A stretch of DNA of 64,000 nt from Chiloscyllium plagiosum (GCF_004010195.1 NC_057718.1:88331355-88395354); one strand, 5' to 3'; numbered from the stretch's first letter, positions 48,420 through 60,590 are shown. Translations and numbers: made by a program. Notes: generated from the letters alone by a model not told the origin.

Positions 48420-49945
48420 AGCAAGTCAGCATGGGTTTAGTAAGGGGAGTCCATGCCTGACAAACCTGTTAGAATTCTTTGAAGAGGTAACAAGTAGGAT
48501 AGACCAGAGAAACTCAGTGGATGTTGTCTATCTAGACTTCCAAAAGGCCTTTGATAAGGTGCCTAACAGGAGGATGCTGAGTAAGGCGAGAACCCATGGT
48601 GTTCGAGGTGAGCTACTGGCATGGATTGAGGATTGGCTGTCTGACAGAAGGTAGAGAATTGAGATAAAAGATTCTTTTTTGGAATGGCAGCTAGTGACAA
48701 GTGGTGTCCCACAGGGTTCAGTGTTGGGACTGCAGCTGTTCACTTTATATCTTAATGATCTGGATGAAGGAACTGGGGGCATTCTGGCTAAGTTCACCGA
48801 TGATACGAAGTTGGTAGACAGGCAGGTAGTTCTGAGGAGATGGGGAGGATACAGAAAGATTTAGACAGTTTAGGAGAGTGGTCCAAGAAATGGCTGATGA
48901 AATTCAACGAGAGCAAATGTGAGATCTTGCACTTCGGAAACAAGAATTCAGGGACAGACTATTTTCTAAACGGTGAGAAAATTCCTAAAGCCAAAGTACA
49001 AAGGGGTCTGGAAGTGATAGTCCATGATTCTCTAAAGGTTGACTTGCAGGTTGAGTCCGTGGTTAAGAAAGTGAATGTCATGTTGTCATTTATTTCAAGA
49101 GGGTTGGAATGTAAAAGCAGTGATGTGCTACTAAGACTTTATAAAGCTCTGGTTAGGCCCCATTTAGAATACTGTGTCCAGTTTGGGGCCCCACACCTCA
49201 GGAAAGACATGCTGGCACTGGAGCATGTCCAGTGGAGATTCACATGGATGATCTCTGGAAAGAGCTGGAAATGTGTTGCTGGAAAAGCGCAGCAGGTCAG
49301 GCAGCATCCAGGGAACAGGAGAATCGACGTTTCGGGCATAAGCCCTTCTTCCTGAAGAAGGGCTTATGCCCGAAACGTCGATTCTCCTGTTCCCTGGATG
49401 CTGCCTGACCTACTGCGCTTTTCCAGCAACACATTTCCAGCTCTGATCTCCAGCATCTGCAGACCTCACTTTCTCCTCAATGATCTCTGGAAAGGCAGAC
49501 CTAATATACGATGAATGGCTGAGGATCCTGGCATTGTATTCATTAGAGTTTAGAAGGTTGAGGGAAGATCTAATAGAAGCTTACAAGATAATGCATGGCT
49601 TAGAAAGGGTGGACACAAGGAATTTGTTTCTGTCAGGCAGAGAGACTAGGACGTGTGGGCACAGCCTTTGAATTAGAGGGAGTCAATTTAGAATGGAAAT
49701 GAGGAGACATTTCTTCAGCCAGAGAGTGGTGAGCCTGTGGAATTCATTGCCACAGAGAGCAGTGGAAGCCTGACATTAAATGTCTTCAAGCTAGAGATTG
49801 CTAAATTCTTAATCTCACAAGGAATTAAGGGATATGGGGAGAGTGCGAGTAAGTGGTGTTGAAATGCCCATCAGCCATGATTGAATGGCGGAGTGGACAC
49901 TATGGGCCAAATGGCCTTACTTCCACTCCTATGTCTTATCGTCTT
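48420..49945 (+). mobile_element. CR1 LINE RT-to-3' end (third subfamily) interrupted by a PLE hairpin
   Basis: [39 protein letters not shown] and LVRPHLEYCVQF; tail gtcttatcgtcttacggtctta. Confidence 0.9.
49261..49479 (+). mobile_element. Penelope-like near-perfect palindromic insertion, family A
   Basis: 91-bp arms 49261-49351 and 49354-49444 (1 mismatch, 2-nt spacer), 35-nt tail, TSD atgatctctggaaag at 49248-49262 and 49480-49494; hammerhead core from 49352 on +. Confidence 0.9.
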
Positions 49946-50238
49946 ACGGTCTTAAAACTGGGAAGTTACTTGCGAAGGTTGGAGACAGCACACAGCGATG
50001 CAGAGAGAGCGTAATGCTGAAGGGGGTCAACTCAGTGGGAGAGAGATGATAATATATTGGAGGACATGTGTTACAGTGGAGTGTGAGGGGGTTGCCAGGG
50101 GGGAGGCGATGGTATAGCCACCCTGGCAACAGTAGAAGGGCAGTGCAGCACCATGGTCAACATGAGTATGCTGTAGGAATTTGGCTCAGGAGGTAATGTT
50201 GGAAGATGAAGATGTAAATTGAAGAGGTGCGTGGGAAT

Positions 50239-50560
50239 GGGGTGGCACACTGGCTCAGTGGTTAGCACTGCTGCTTCACAGTGCCAGGGACCTAAGTTCG
50301 ACTCCACCTTTGGGCAACTGTCTGGGTAGAGTTTGCACATTCACCCCGTGTCTGCATGGGTTCTCTGTGGGTTCTCTGGTTTCCTCTCACTGTCCAAAGA
50401 TGTGCAGGTTAGGTGGAGTGGCCATACTAAATTGTACATAGTGTCCAGGAATATGTATGTTAGGTAGATGAGCCATGGGAGATGCAGGGCTATAGTGTAG
50501 GGGGGTGGGATGCTCTTAGACTGGTTGATGGGCTGGATGGCCTGCTTCTAGATTGTAGGG
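50239..50560 (+). mobile_element. Older HE1-related SINE
   Basis: tggctcagtggttagcactgctgc..gttcgactcc head and conserved body. Confidence 0.8.
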
Positions 50561-50664
50561 GCTCGAAATATTTATCTAAAGCATGTGTGGAAGCTCAGTC
50601 TTGATGTTGGTGCCCACAGTGAGTGCAAGCAACAAACGTTCCTTTAGATTCACAGGGGACCTAT

Positions 50665-51230
50665 GCAGCTTTATCAAACTTTAGAGAGGCCACACTTGGA
50701 GTATTGTGCACACGTCTGGTCACCCACACTACCTGAAGGATGTGGAAGCTTTGGAGAAGGTACAGAAAAGGTTTATGGGTCTGATACGTGAAATTGTAGC
50801 TCTGAAGAAAGGTTGGACAGACTGGGTTTGTTTTCATTGGAATGCAGGAGGTTGAGGGGTGACCTGATAAAAGTTTATGAGGTTATGAATGGCATGGATA
50901 GAGTGGAAAATATGAGGCTTTTGCCTAGGCTAGAGGGGTCAATGACTTGGGGACACGGGTTCAAGGTGAGAGGGGTCAAGTTGAACAGAGATGTGTGAGG
51001 CAAGTTTTCACACATTGGGTGGCGAGTGCCTGGAGAACACTGCCAGAGGATGTTGTGGAAGCAGACATAACGACAGCATTCAAGAAGCATCTGGACAAAT
51101 ACACGAATAGGAAGGGAATAGAGGGATACGGATCCTGTAAGTGAAGACAGGTTTAGTATGGAAGGGCAAAATGTGTCAGCACAGGTGTGGAGGGATGAAG
51201 GGCCTGTTCCTGTGCTGTAATGTTCTTTGT
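50665..51230 (+). mobile_element. CR1 3' fragment
   Basis: ORFs 50813-50998 and 50947-51144; tail tgttctttgttc. Confidence 0.85.
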
Positions 51231-52477
51231 TCTTTTTTCTTGTTCCTTGGCCTCTTCATTACCAGGCAGAGCCTCTGACTCAATCTTATAAACGATACTG
51301 ACTTTCTTGGGTGTTGTGAGAGTGGGGAGAGGGACAAGGCACCAGTAATCACACAGGGCTTACAATCTCCTACTGCAATCACACACAGTGGCTTTTAGTG
51401 CAAAGAATAAAGTAAGGTCTTCAGTGAGAGGTCCACGTCAAGACATTCCCACGAGGTCTCACACACAGTGGTGGGGTAAGAACCAGGTAATCTGCTTTTG
51501 TGATGCTGTTTCAAGGGTGAAAATTGACCAGGCCTCTGAAGAGATCCATCCCAGGGATCAGAGGGGATCATGAGTTTGAAGGGCTGTTTATGGAAGAAGA
51601 AAGTCTGCTGCCTTGGGGTTAAAGGAGAGTGTTCCTGAGAAATAGTTAAATATGAAACACTAAATTCCTCTAATTGTTACTTCAGAAAGGATGAGAAAAA
51701 CACGACCAACAATCAAAAATGTAAACTTGTAGAAACTGACATTAGAAGTAAACACCTCTGGTCAAAGAGAAAGATATTTGAGAGCAGACGGCAATGAACA
51801 AACTCACGCCATACCCACTGGGTCTAGTGTACAGGCCCAGAAAACTCCCACTAAGAAAAATCTCATTAATTTCAGTAAACTGTGTGATTGGGTTCCACTA
51901 AGAAATAGCGAAGGTAGCAAAGAGTGGACTTTCACAATCTCAGACTGTCCCAAACAGCTAGAGCTTCACTGGGTCAATGTTGTGAAGGTAGGAAAACGTA
52001 AAATTCCCAGAAGCAGTGATAGTTTTCATTTGTATTGTATTTACACTTCCTCTAAAGCAACTTTTGTTTGTCTCATTAGCCACTCTCTTTTGCCTTACAG
52101 TATCAATCAGTCAGTAGTACCTTCCACACTATAACAGATCTTTTCTTTATGTCTTTCCTACCTTTCCTTGCTCCTGGACTTGCCAAAAACATTTCTATTT
52201 CCAATAAAAGGCCACAGACCTGAAATGTTGGTTGAATCTCATGGTTCCACCTCCCATGGCACAATAGCAGGCAGGAAGGATGTAAAATTGTTTATGCCCA
52301 CCCTCATCCAACTGTCCAGTTTTTTTTACTCCTGAGTCAGGCAAGTACCCGGTCGCCCCATCAGACCATGGATCAATTGAGGCCTTTAATAAAGGCCTCC
52401 TCTCCTAACTATGGCTTTTACCTGCAATGGGGGAGGGTGGTGCCAAGTCTGCTTAAGACTCAGCCCATTAACCCTCG

Positions 52478-52811
52478 AATCTCTACAGGTGCAAGTAGGC
52501 CATTTGGCCCAATTAATCCACAACGACTCTCAGAAAGAGCACCCCCACCACATCCCTGTAACCATGCATTTCCCATGGTTAATCCACCTAGCCTGCACAT
52601 CCCTGGACATGATGGCAACTTGGCGTGGCCAATCCATCTAACTTGCACATCTTTCGACTGTCGGAGGAAACTGGAGCACCTGGAGGAAACCCACTCAGAC
52701 ACGGAGAGAATGTGCAAACTCCCCACAGACAGTCAGCTGAGGGTGGAATTGAACCTGGGTCCCCTGGTGCTACAAGGTAGCAGTGTTAGCCACTGAGCCA
52801 GAGTGTTGCAC
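52478..52811 (-). mobile_element. HE1-related SINE with a different 3' region
   Basis: Shares head and body with HE1 (gcacatcttt..ggaggaaactggagcacc..gaattgaacctggg). Confidence 0.75.
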
Positions 52812-52904
52812 TAACCCTGTTTCTCACTGCACACATACTGCATGACCTGCTGAGTATTTCCAGCATTTTCAACTTGAACGACGTGAACTGTTTAAGGGTT
52901 TTGC

Positions 52905-53160
52905 TGAGGGTTACATATTGGCCCAGGACATCAGGAAGACTTTTCTGGTTCTTTGAAAAAGCATTAAGGGATCTTTGAGCTCCACCTGAGAGAAAACGTT
53001 GGACCTCTGTTTATTGTCTCGTTCAAAAGACGAAACCACAGACAGCGCAAAACCTCTGGTAGTACTGCACTTGATTGTCAGTCTCGATTCTGTGCTAATA
53101 CCTTTGGGGTACAAATTGAACCTACAGCCTCCTGGCTTAATGTAGTCAGTCAAGGCTGAT
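52905..53160 (-). mobile_element. Decayed DeuSINE/SacSINE1-like SINE
   Basis: atattggcccaggaca..gggatcttt..ccacctgagag..aaaagacg..gacagcgca..gtactgcact in reverse orientation. Confidence 0.6.
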
Positions 53161-53179
53161 ACAAAAAGTAGAGCTGTGA

Positions 53180-53312
53180 GTTCTGACAGAGTCATATCAA
53201 ACTCAAAACATTGACTCTGTTTCTCTCTCCACAGATGCTGCCAGACTTGCTGAGATTTTCCAGCATTTTTCTGTTTGTTTTAGACTTTCACCGCCTCTAG
53301 TACTTTGCCTTT
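53180..53312 (+). mobile_element. Penelope-like family D terminal repeat, decayed hammerhead
   Basis: ctgacagagtcatatcaaactcaaaacattgactctgtttctctctccacagatgctgccagacttgctgag; shares the gatgctgcc(t/a)gac.tgctg motif with family A. Confidence 0.6.
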
Positions 53313-55289
53313 ATTGGAAGAGTTGCAGACTGTTTGGAATAAAAGGAATGTGTTTGCAAATTCACATTGTGTCTTGTGTTCCAGCCAGGTTAGGTTGAAT
53401 GTGTTGCAAAGATAAGCTCACATCAAACTGTCAGATTTTGTGCAAATGGGTGATTCAGGAACTCTGGTCCCAACCTCTCGCCATGTCTATTTGACATGAG
53501 GTTGCTATGTTCCTCAGTGACTTGAACATATCATTTCTGAGGCACTCAGAGAAACAGCAGAAACTCATTGGCATGGAATCACTCTTGGAGCTGTTACATT
53601 CCTAGACCCCATTGTCAGAATGCAGCCAAGCGATCACAAACTTGCTGCTAATTAAAGTTTGTCGAATAAATAATTGTTGGTACTCTTCTTCAGCCACTCA
53701 GTGTCCACTTGTCTGATGGAACAATACTGTTTTTAGCCTGTTGTATACAGCAAGCCTCCGAGTAACGGGCAACTCTCAGAAATGTGCCAATTTAGAGGAA
53801 GTAAATTTAATTATAACTAAACATTGTTGTTTTGGAAGCAGTCAGCGTGGAAAGGATTTTGTTGCTACACCATCTGCTTCCAATGACCATTTGTACACTT
53901 CGTTTTAACTGACTGACCCCAATTCATGTTTGATTTTGTTTTAAAAACACAAGGATTTGGTTTGCTACATAATTAGAAACTGACCCTTCTTACAAACATT
54001 TCGGTATAGACACATTACTGCCTCTCAGTTCTATAAACTGTTGACTATAATCTCATTGCTAGCACTAATCATTATAAACCAGATGTTAACAGTTTCAAAC
54101 CCTATTCCAGGAATATCAGCGTGTAATCCAGACTAAAATTCCCAACTAGCCCTTCAGACAAGATCACTGAACAGATTATGGAGTCACCATCACATTGTTG
54201 TTTGTGGGATCTTGCTGTGTATAAATTCACTTCCACATTTTTCTGCATTATATCAGATCATGTCTTAGGTGTAGGTTGAGGGATAAATCTGGCTAGGAAG
54301 AACCCCACTGCTCCCCTTCAAAACACATCCCTCCAAGACGGCAGACAAGAGATAACTGAAAGAACGCTTTCCTCAGATAGAGAGTTTGTCGCTATCTCCT
54401 GTGGCTTCAGACACTGCAAGAGAATTCTTTTGATGACCAGATGGCCTTATTTGCTTGTCCAATCCCTGGTTTCCAACTATTTCATCTCAAATTGAACTTT
54501 GTATTGTAGATATATTCATGGGTTCCCTCCGATAGTCTCTCCGATAGTGAATAATTGAGCTAAATACAAGTGAGACTGCAGCAATGGCATTCGAATTTAT
54601 AGTGGCACTCATGTCACTACCACGACATCAAGGTAATGAATGCCTCTAAAACTAACCTTATCCTTGGCCCTTGCTGTTCACATTGAATTAATACATTGGA
54701 AACTATAGACCACGAATTTCTACCCTGACATCAGCAGCGCTGGTATAAAGGACTGGGGAGGGTGAACTGCAAATTATATTTGGCGTGAAAGAAGCTTCCC
54801 TGAGTTCTTGTGCGAGTGAGAAAAACACATTGTTGGAAGCTGGCTCAAGCATAGTCCCATTCACTGAAGACGAATCAATCACTTTCCACTAATTGCATTT
54901 GTTTGTAAGGCTTTGAGGGAGGTCCAAGTCTGCAAACAGGAACATTTGTTTGCAAAGAAATTAATTATTGTGCCTTATAGGGTTCCATAGGGTTTCTAAA
55001 TGTAATTTTTAATTATCTCAAATACAGCTTCTCTTAAATGGTGGATTGATGCTGATTGAAATACTTTTATGTTAAAAAAAAGCTGGACAAATTGCACTGA
55101 GTTATCAGTCTGAAATAAATCACTGAATTGCTTCTTCATATAAAACTGCTCTGGTTTGCAGCAGCCTTTTATATCTGGTAATATTTAATGCAAAGGGATC
55201 TGATACCCACACGACAAAAGGAATCATGCAGGATAATGAGGCCATTTTTGTTACAAAAATCCCAAATATTAAGGTGTATTTCTTCAGCG

Positions 55290-55820
55290 TCTAAGTCTGT
55301 ATTGAACACACTTTAAGGACCCTGCACAGTTTCGGTTGCCATGTTATGAAACGGTGGTAGATATGCTGGAGACCGTGAAAACAACATTTGCAAATATCTT
55401 ACCAAACATGCATGATTATGAGTGTCAAAAACAAATGAACAGCCAAGGTCTCTTTACTCCTGACAAAGAGAATGATCCGGGATGACCTGAAAGAGACATG
55501 TAAAACTTTAACATAGTAGGCAAAGAGGGGATACGTTTATTCATAAGAGAAGAGCAGAACAGGAGGCACATCAATGTTAAATAGTCATCAAGAGATCAAA
55601 CAGGGAATTCTGAGGAAATGCCTTAATCTCAAAAGTGGTGAGAGGGTGGAAATTACGACCACAGGAAATAGTCCAGGCAAGTAGTATGGTGTGTATTTAA
55701 AGGGAGGTGAGATGAGTTTGAGGGCGAACAGGGATAGAGATGTATGAGAAGAATAAGTAGGAAAGATAGTGAAGGCTCAAGCATCGCCTGTTTCTGAGCT
55801 GCTTGTTTGGTGTAATGTTG
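55290..55820 (+). mobile_element. Very old CR1 3' fragment
   Basis: Degenerate RPHLE, LRGDL and FSQRVV..WN-like segments. Confidence 0.5.
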
Positions 55821-55985
55821 AAATGTCAGTGGCACTCTTTACCAGATGAAATATTAAACTGAGAAGCTACCTGCATCTCTATTGACAGGAATGGAATCAT
55901 CACACATGACAATCTCTATACGTGTTTGCATAGCTAATCTGATTTTGACTCCATGACCTGTAAGCCTTGGTGGTCTTTATGTCAT

Positions 55986-56263
55986 GGTGAATTGGAAAAT
56001 GATGGCCTAGGCCTCTGCTATTTTCCTTTTTATGCTTCACTTAGCATTCAAGGACACATCTCTTTTCAGCTTAGCAATTTATATACTTTCAAAGATGTAA
56101 AATCACTTAGTATTTCCTCTCATTCTGTTTATCCCATCCACCATTGTACACCTCCTCCTCCTCCTTAATATTTCAATATTTACATTGCTTTGTGAAGATT
56201 TTTTTTTGTTGAAGCATAAAAAGGAAAATAGCAGAGGCCTAGGCCATCATTTTCCAATTCACC
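55986..56263. repeat. Perfect 54-bp inverted repeat with a 170-bp spacer, within an old CR1 fragment
   Basis: 55986-56039 is the exact reverse complement of 56210-56263. Confidence 0.92.
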
Positions 56264-56934
56264 CTGGCTACAGACTTGGTGTAGGACGGCTGCTAATGTA
56301 AACTTGTTTAAAAAGGGAGGAAGTGATATACTGAATGATTACGCAGCAGTCAGCCGAACCTCAGTGGTGGGAAATTTATTGGAAAAATTCAGAGATCATA
56401 AGGAACAAAGGCTGGAGTAGGCCATTAAACCATTTAAACTTATCGACCGTCGAAAACATCTTCTGCCTCAACATCACCATTCCACAATATCACCATATCT
56501 TTAAATTCCTTTTACTCCCCCCCACAAATCTATCAATTGTGTCCTTCATAAAGAGGGCGATTCCACCCTCCCCAGCCCACAGTTTCCGTGCAATTGTTCC
56601 GAACATATTATAGGGAACCTTCCGAAACCAGGGACCAGGGGACTGCTGGGAAGGTATGTTGCACATTTAAATGAATGAGCTTGCTCCTATCTGGGGTTTT
56701 GGGTTTCCGTAGTTGGTCGTGGAATCTATCCCCCGCAGGTATGTGGGGACCACTGTATTTAACAACTGGCAGGCTCCCTTCTCCCCATTTGTAGAAACTG
56801 GGGCTCTCGCAAGATGTAGAGGGAAGGAAAGGAAGAAGATCTTCTGAGAGCAAATAGATGTCAGGGATGGCACTTCAGTGTAAATATGTTCTCACATTGA
56901 TAATTATCCATTCGCTTTTTATCAGAATAGTATT

Positions 56935-57855
56935 CAACTGGAGTGGGTTCAGAGAAGATTTATCAGGATGTTGCCGGGTAAGGAAGGTCTGGATAGCTGG
57001 GACTTCTTTCACTGGACTGTCCGAGATTGAGAGGTAACCTTACAGGAGTTTATAAAATCGTGAGGAGTATACATAGAGTTACTGGGAGGTGTCTTTTCCC
57101 GAGAATGGAGGATTTCAAGACTGGGAGGCATATTTTTAAGGTGAGAGAAGATAGAGTTTAAAAAGTTATGAGGGACAAAATATTTACACAGAGGGTGGCT
57201 CACAAGTGGAATGAACTTCCTGAGGAAGTGGTGGATATGAGCACAATTAAAAGATATTTGGCCCTTGACATTGAGAATTTGTTCCTTCTCAATGTAATTC
57301 CAGAACCATTTCACCATCCTATGTGGAGAAAATTCTGCCCTTAGACTTGGTGATTCCTGATTGGCCAACTCTATACAGACTGGAGCAAGGGAGATTGAAG
57401 GTCACTCAGCCCCTGGAACCTGTTATGCTGTTTATTCGGATTCCTGTTGGTCTGTACCGTAACTTCAACCATTCATTTTTACTCCAAATCTCTCGACATC
57501 CTAAACCAACAGAGATGAGCTATTGGGAGAGGCTGAATAGGCTAGGGCTGTTTTCCCTGGAGCATCGGAAGCTGAGGGGTGACCTTAAAGAGATCTGTAA
57601 AATCATGAAATGTTTGGATAGGATAAATAGACCAGGTCTTTTCCTTAGGATGGGGGAGTCCAGAACTAGAGAGCTAGATTTAGGGTGAGAGGGGAAAAAT
57701 TTAAAAGAAACCTAAGGGGCAACATTTTCACGCATGTGGTGCATGAACAAATGAGCTGCCAGAGGAAGTGGTGGAGGCTGGTACAATTACACCATTTAAA
57801 AAGTATCTGGATGGCTATATAAATAGAAAAGAGTTAGATTGATATGGGCCAAGTG
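56935..57855 (+). mobile_element. Two CR1 3'-region fragments (about 56935-57250 and 57512-57855)
   Basis: RVQRRFIRMLPG..LRGNL and ERLNRLGLFSLEHRKLRGDL. Confidence 0.8.
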
Positions 57856-59514
57856 AATCATTGTATTGCTTTTGCCTCACAGGCATAATGTTGCATGATG
57901 GGGTCAACAGAACTTGGGTCAGAATTTTTGGCCCACGAAGAAGTCAAGGTCTAAGGTCAAAGGTGTCTTGTGTGGGGGTCCGTTTAATCCTCATGATCTT
58001 TGAATGACCTCATATCAGACAGAAGTGGAGCCCCCTTGTTCACAGAATGAAACCCTGATCCTGCCCATTCCAGTTGTGGCAACAGCCATTTTTATCTCCA
58101 TTACCATGTTTGATTGAGAGTGGGAGGAAACATTGATCGCATTTCATTGAGTGAGTCACAGACTCAACCTCCCACGTGACCCCTCTATCCCCAAATGTAT
58201 ATATTCCCTTCCTGGTTGCCTTCCCTGTCAACTCTATTGCTTTGATCATCCCCACATTCCCACCTAACTAATCTATTAAACTGTCCATCGCTCTAATTTA
58301 CTGCCTTAGCCCAGTCTCATTGCATTACCATGTCAAACATCGTGGTGCATTGTCACTCCACTGACACCTTCATGCTCTGCCCATCCCACTCCCTGAATGC
58401 ACATTTCCATCCCATCCTTTATCATCTCTATATTTTGAGTTGCTCCTCCTTCATGATTATTTTCCCCCTGTATCCCAGTACGCTGCCTCCAATCACCAGA
58501 AATGCGGTCCTCAGCTTTCCTGACAAATCCTCCCTTGACTTTCAGTGAGCAGACTCCCAGGTCTTCCTGTGAGTCACTCTCTTCATCAACAAGGAAAGAC
58601 AGCCCTGACTAATGAATGACCATAAACCAGACAACCTCCATGTCCAACTCCCTGACTGACTCACTGTGACAACTCTTGCTTGGTTGTCCTGGACTATCAG
58701 GACTGACCATGGCCCCACTCCTTGGAGTGCTGTGATATGGCGCCCTTGGCTCTGATCTTCCCAAGTGGCCAATCAGTCAGGCACAAGCTCCTGGACTGAT
58801 GGTCGATATTGCCATTGACTTACTGGGCCCAGTTCCCTTGACTGGTGGCTGCCTTCTTTGACTTTGTTGAACTGTTCACCCGGAGAGTTTAAGATGTGGT
58901 TGTTTGGTTGAAGATAAGCAGTAGGTTTGCACAGTAGGCAGGTGGCATATGAAATAGGTGTGTGATTGATGCAGCACGGCGCTGGACAACAACATGTCCC
59001 TTCCCTTTGATTGATCACTGCTAACAATCATGACAACATACTTGGCTTTGTGTCTGCTTTAAACAGCAAAGCAAGACAGAACTACAGTGAGCCTTTTAGC
59101 TCTGGCTGAGGGAACAAAGTGCAAAAAGACATGGCAAAGATGCTATGAACATCTCATTTCTGCTGGCCTCACTCTGTTTCTTAACTGGCCTGTCAATGCC
59201 CACATTGTTCAGGAGCCAGGAAGATCCAACCGACTGTTACTTGCTGAGATTGATGTTTCCTGAAGATACCATGAGGTAATGGCCTCCCGATAAGAGTCCT
59301 TCCCTCTCTCCCTGTGTCTTCATGCAGCTTGACCTTCTCTGTGCTGCCTCTTTCCTGTCTGTGTCACCCTGCAGGCCAAGGTGATTGAAATTTTCAGCAG
59401 CTATGACTGGGAGTACATGCCCTGAGCAGAACATTTGAGATCAGACCCAAGATCTTTGCCAAATGCAAACAAACTCACTGTAGACTTCAGCAACATTAAG
59501 TAGCAGAACAAACT

Positions 59515-60490
59515 CTGCAGGAGTTCCTCAGGATAGTGTCCTAGGTTCAACCATCTTCAGCTGCTTCATCAATGACCTTTCCTCCATCATAGGGTCAGAA
59601 GTAGGGATGCTCGCCGGTGATTGCACAATGTTCAGCACCATTTGTGAATCCTCAACTACTGAAGCAATCAATGTTCAAATGCAACAAGATCTGGACAATA
59701 TCCAGGCTTGGGCTGGCAAGTGACAAGAAACATTTGTGCCACACAAATTTCAGTTTATGACTGTCAAAAGTAAGAAACAATCTAACTATCGCCCCTTGGC
59801 ATTAAATGGTGTTATCATCACTGAATCCTCCACTATCAACAACCTGGGGGTTATCAATGACTAGAAACTCAACTGGACTCACCACATAAACACAGTGGCT
59901 TCAAGAGCAGGTCATAAGCTAGGAATACTGCAGTGAGTAATTCACCTCCTGACTCCTCAAAGCCTGTCCACTATCTACAAGATACAAACCCAGATTGTGA
60001 TGGAATACTCCTCACTTGCCTGGATGGGTGCAGCTCCAACAACACTCAAGAAGCTTGACACCATCCAGGACAAAGCAGTCTGCTTGATTGGCACCACATC
60101 CACAAGTATCCACTCCCTCCACTACCAATGCTCAGTAGCAGCAGTGTGTACTGTTTACAAGATGCACTGCAGAAATTCACCAAAGATCCTCAGACAGTAT
60201 CTTCCAAACACATATAGGACAAGGACAGCAGATATATGGGAACACCACCACCTTCAAGTTCTCCTCCAAGTCACTCACCATCCTGACTTGAAAATATATC
60301 ACCGCCCCCTTCACTGTTGTTGGGTGAAAATCCTGGAATTCCCTCCCTCATGGCATTGTGGGTCAACCCACAGCAGGTGGACTGCAGCAGTTCAAGAAGG
60401 CAGCTCACCACCGCCTTCTCAAGGGCAACTAAGGACAGGCAATCTATGCAGGCCAGCCAGCGACGCCCATTACCTATTAAATGAATAAAT
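59515..60490 (+). mobile_element. LINE RT-to-3' end, second CR1/L2-group family
   Basis: GVPQDSVLGSTIFSCFINDL..MLAGDCTMF (RT catalytic region), ORF 59997-60488 and 3' end aatgaataaa. Confidence 0.82.
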
Positions 60491-60590
60491 TAAAAGGACT
60501 ATCAAATCTAACTCAACAACAGTAAATGAATCAGCATCGATCTGAGTGGATGATGCTTTCTTCAAAAGTGATTATCGTTCCTCCTGCTCC

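Noticed and set aside
49261..49444. miRNA precursor or DNA-transposon MITE interpretation of the hairpins
   Set aside because: Variable arm lengths, asymmetric tails, 11-15 bp variable TSDs, hammerhead cores and linkage to a GIY-YIG remnant point to Penelope-like retroelements.
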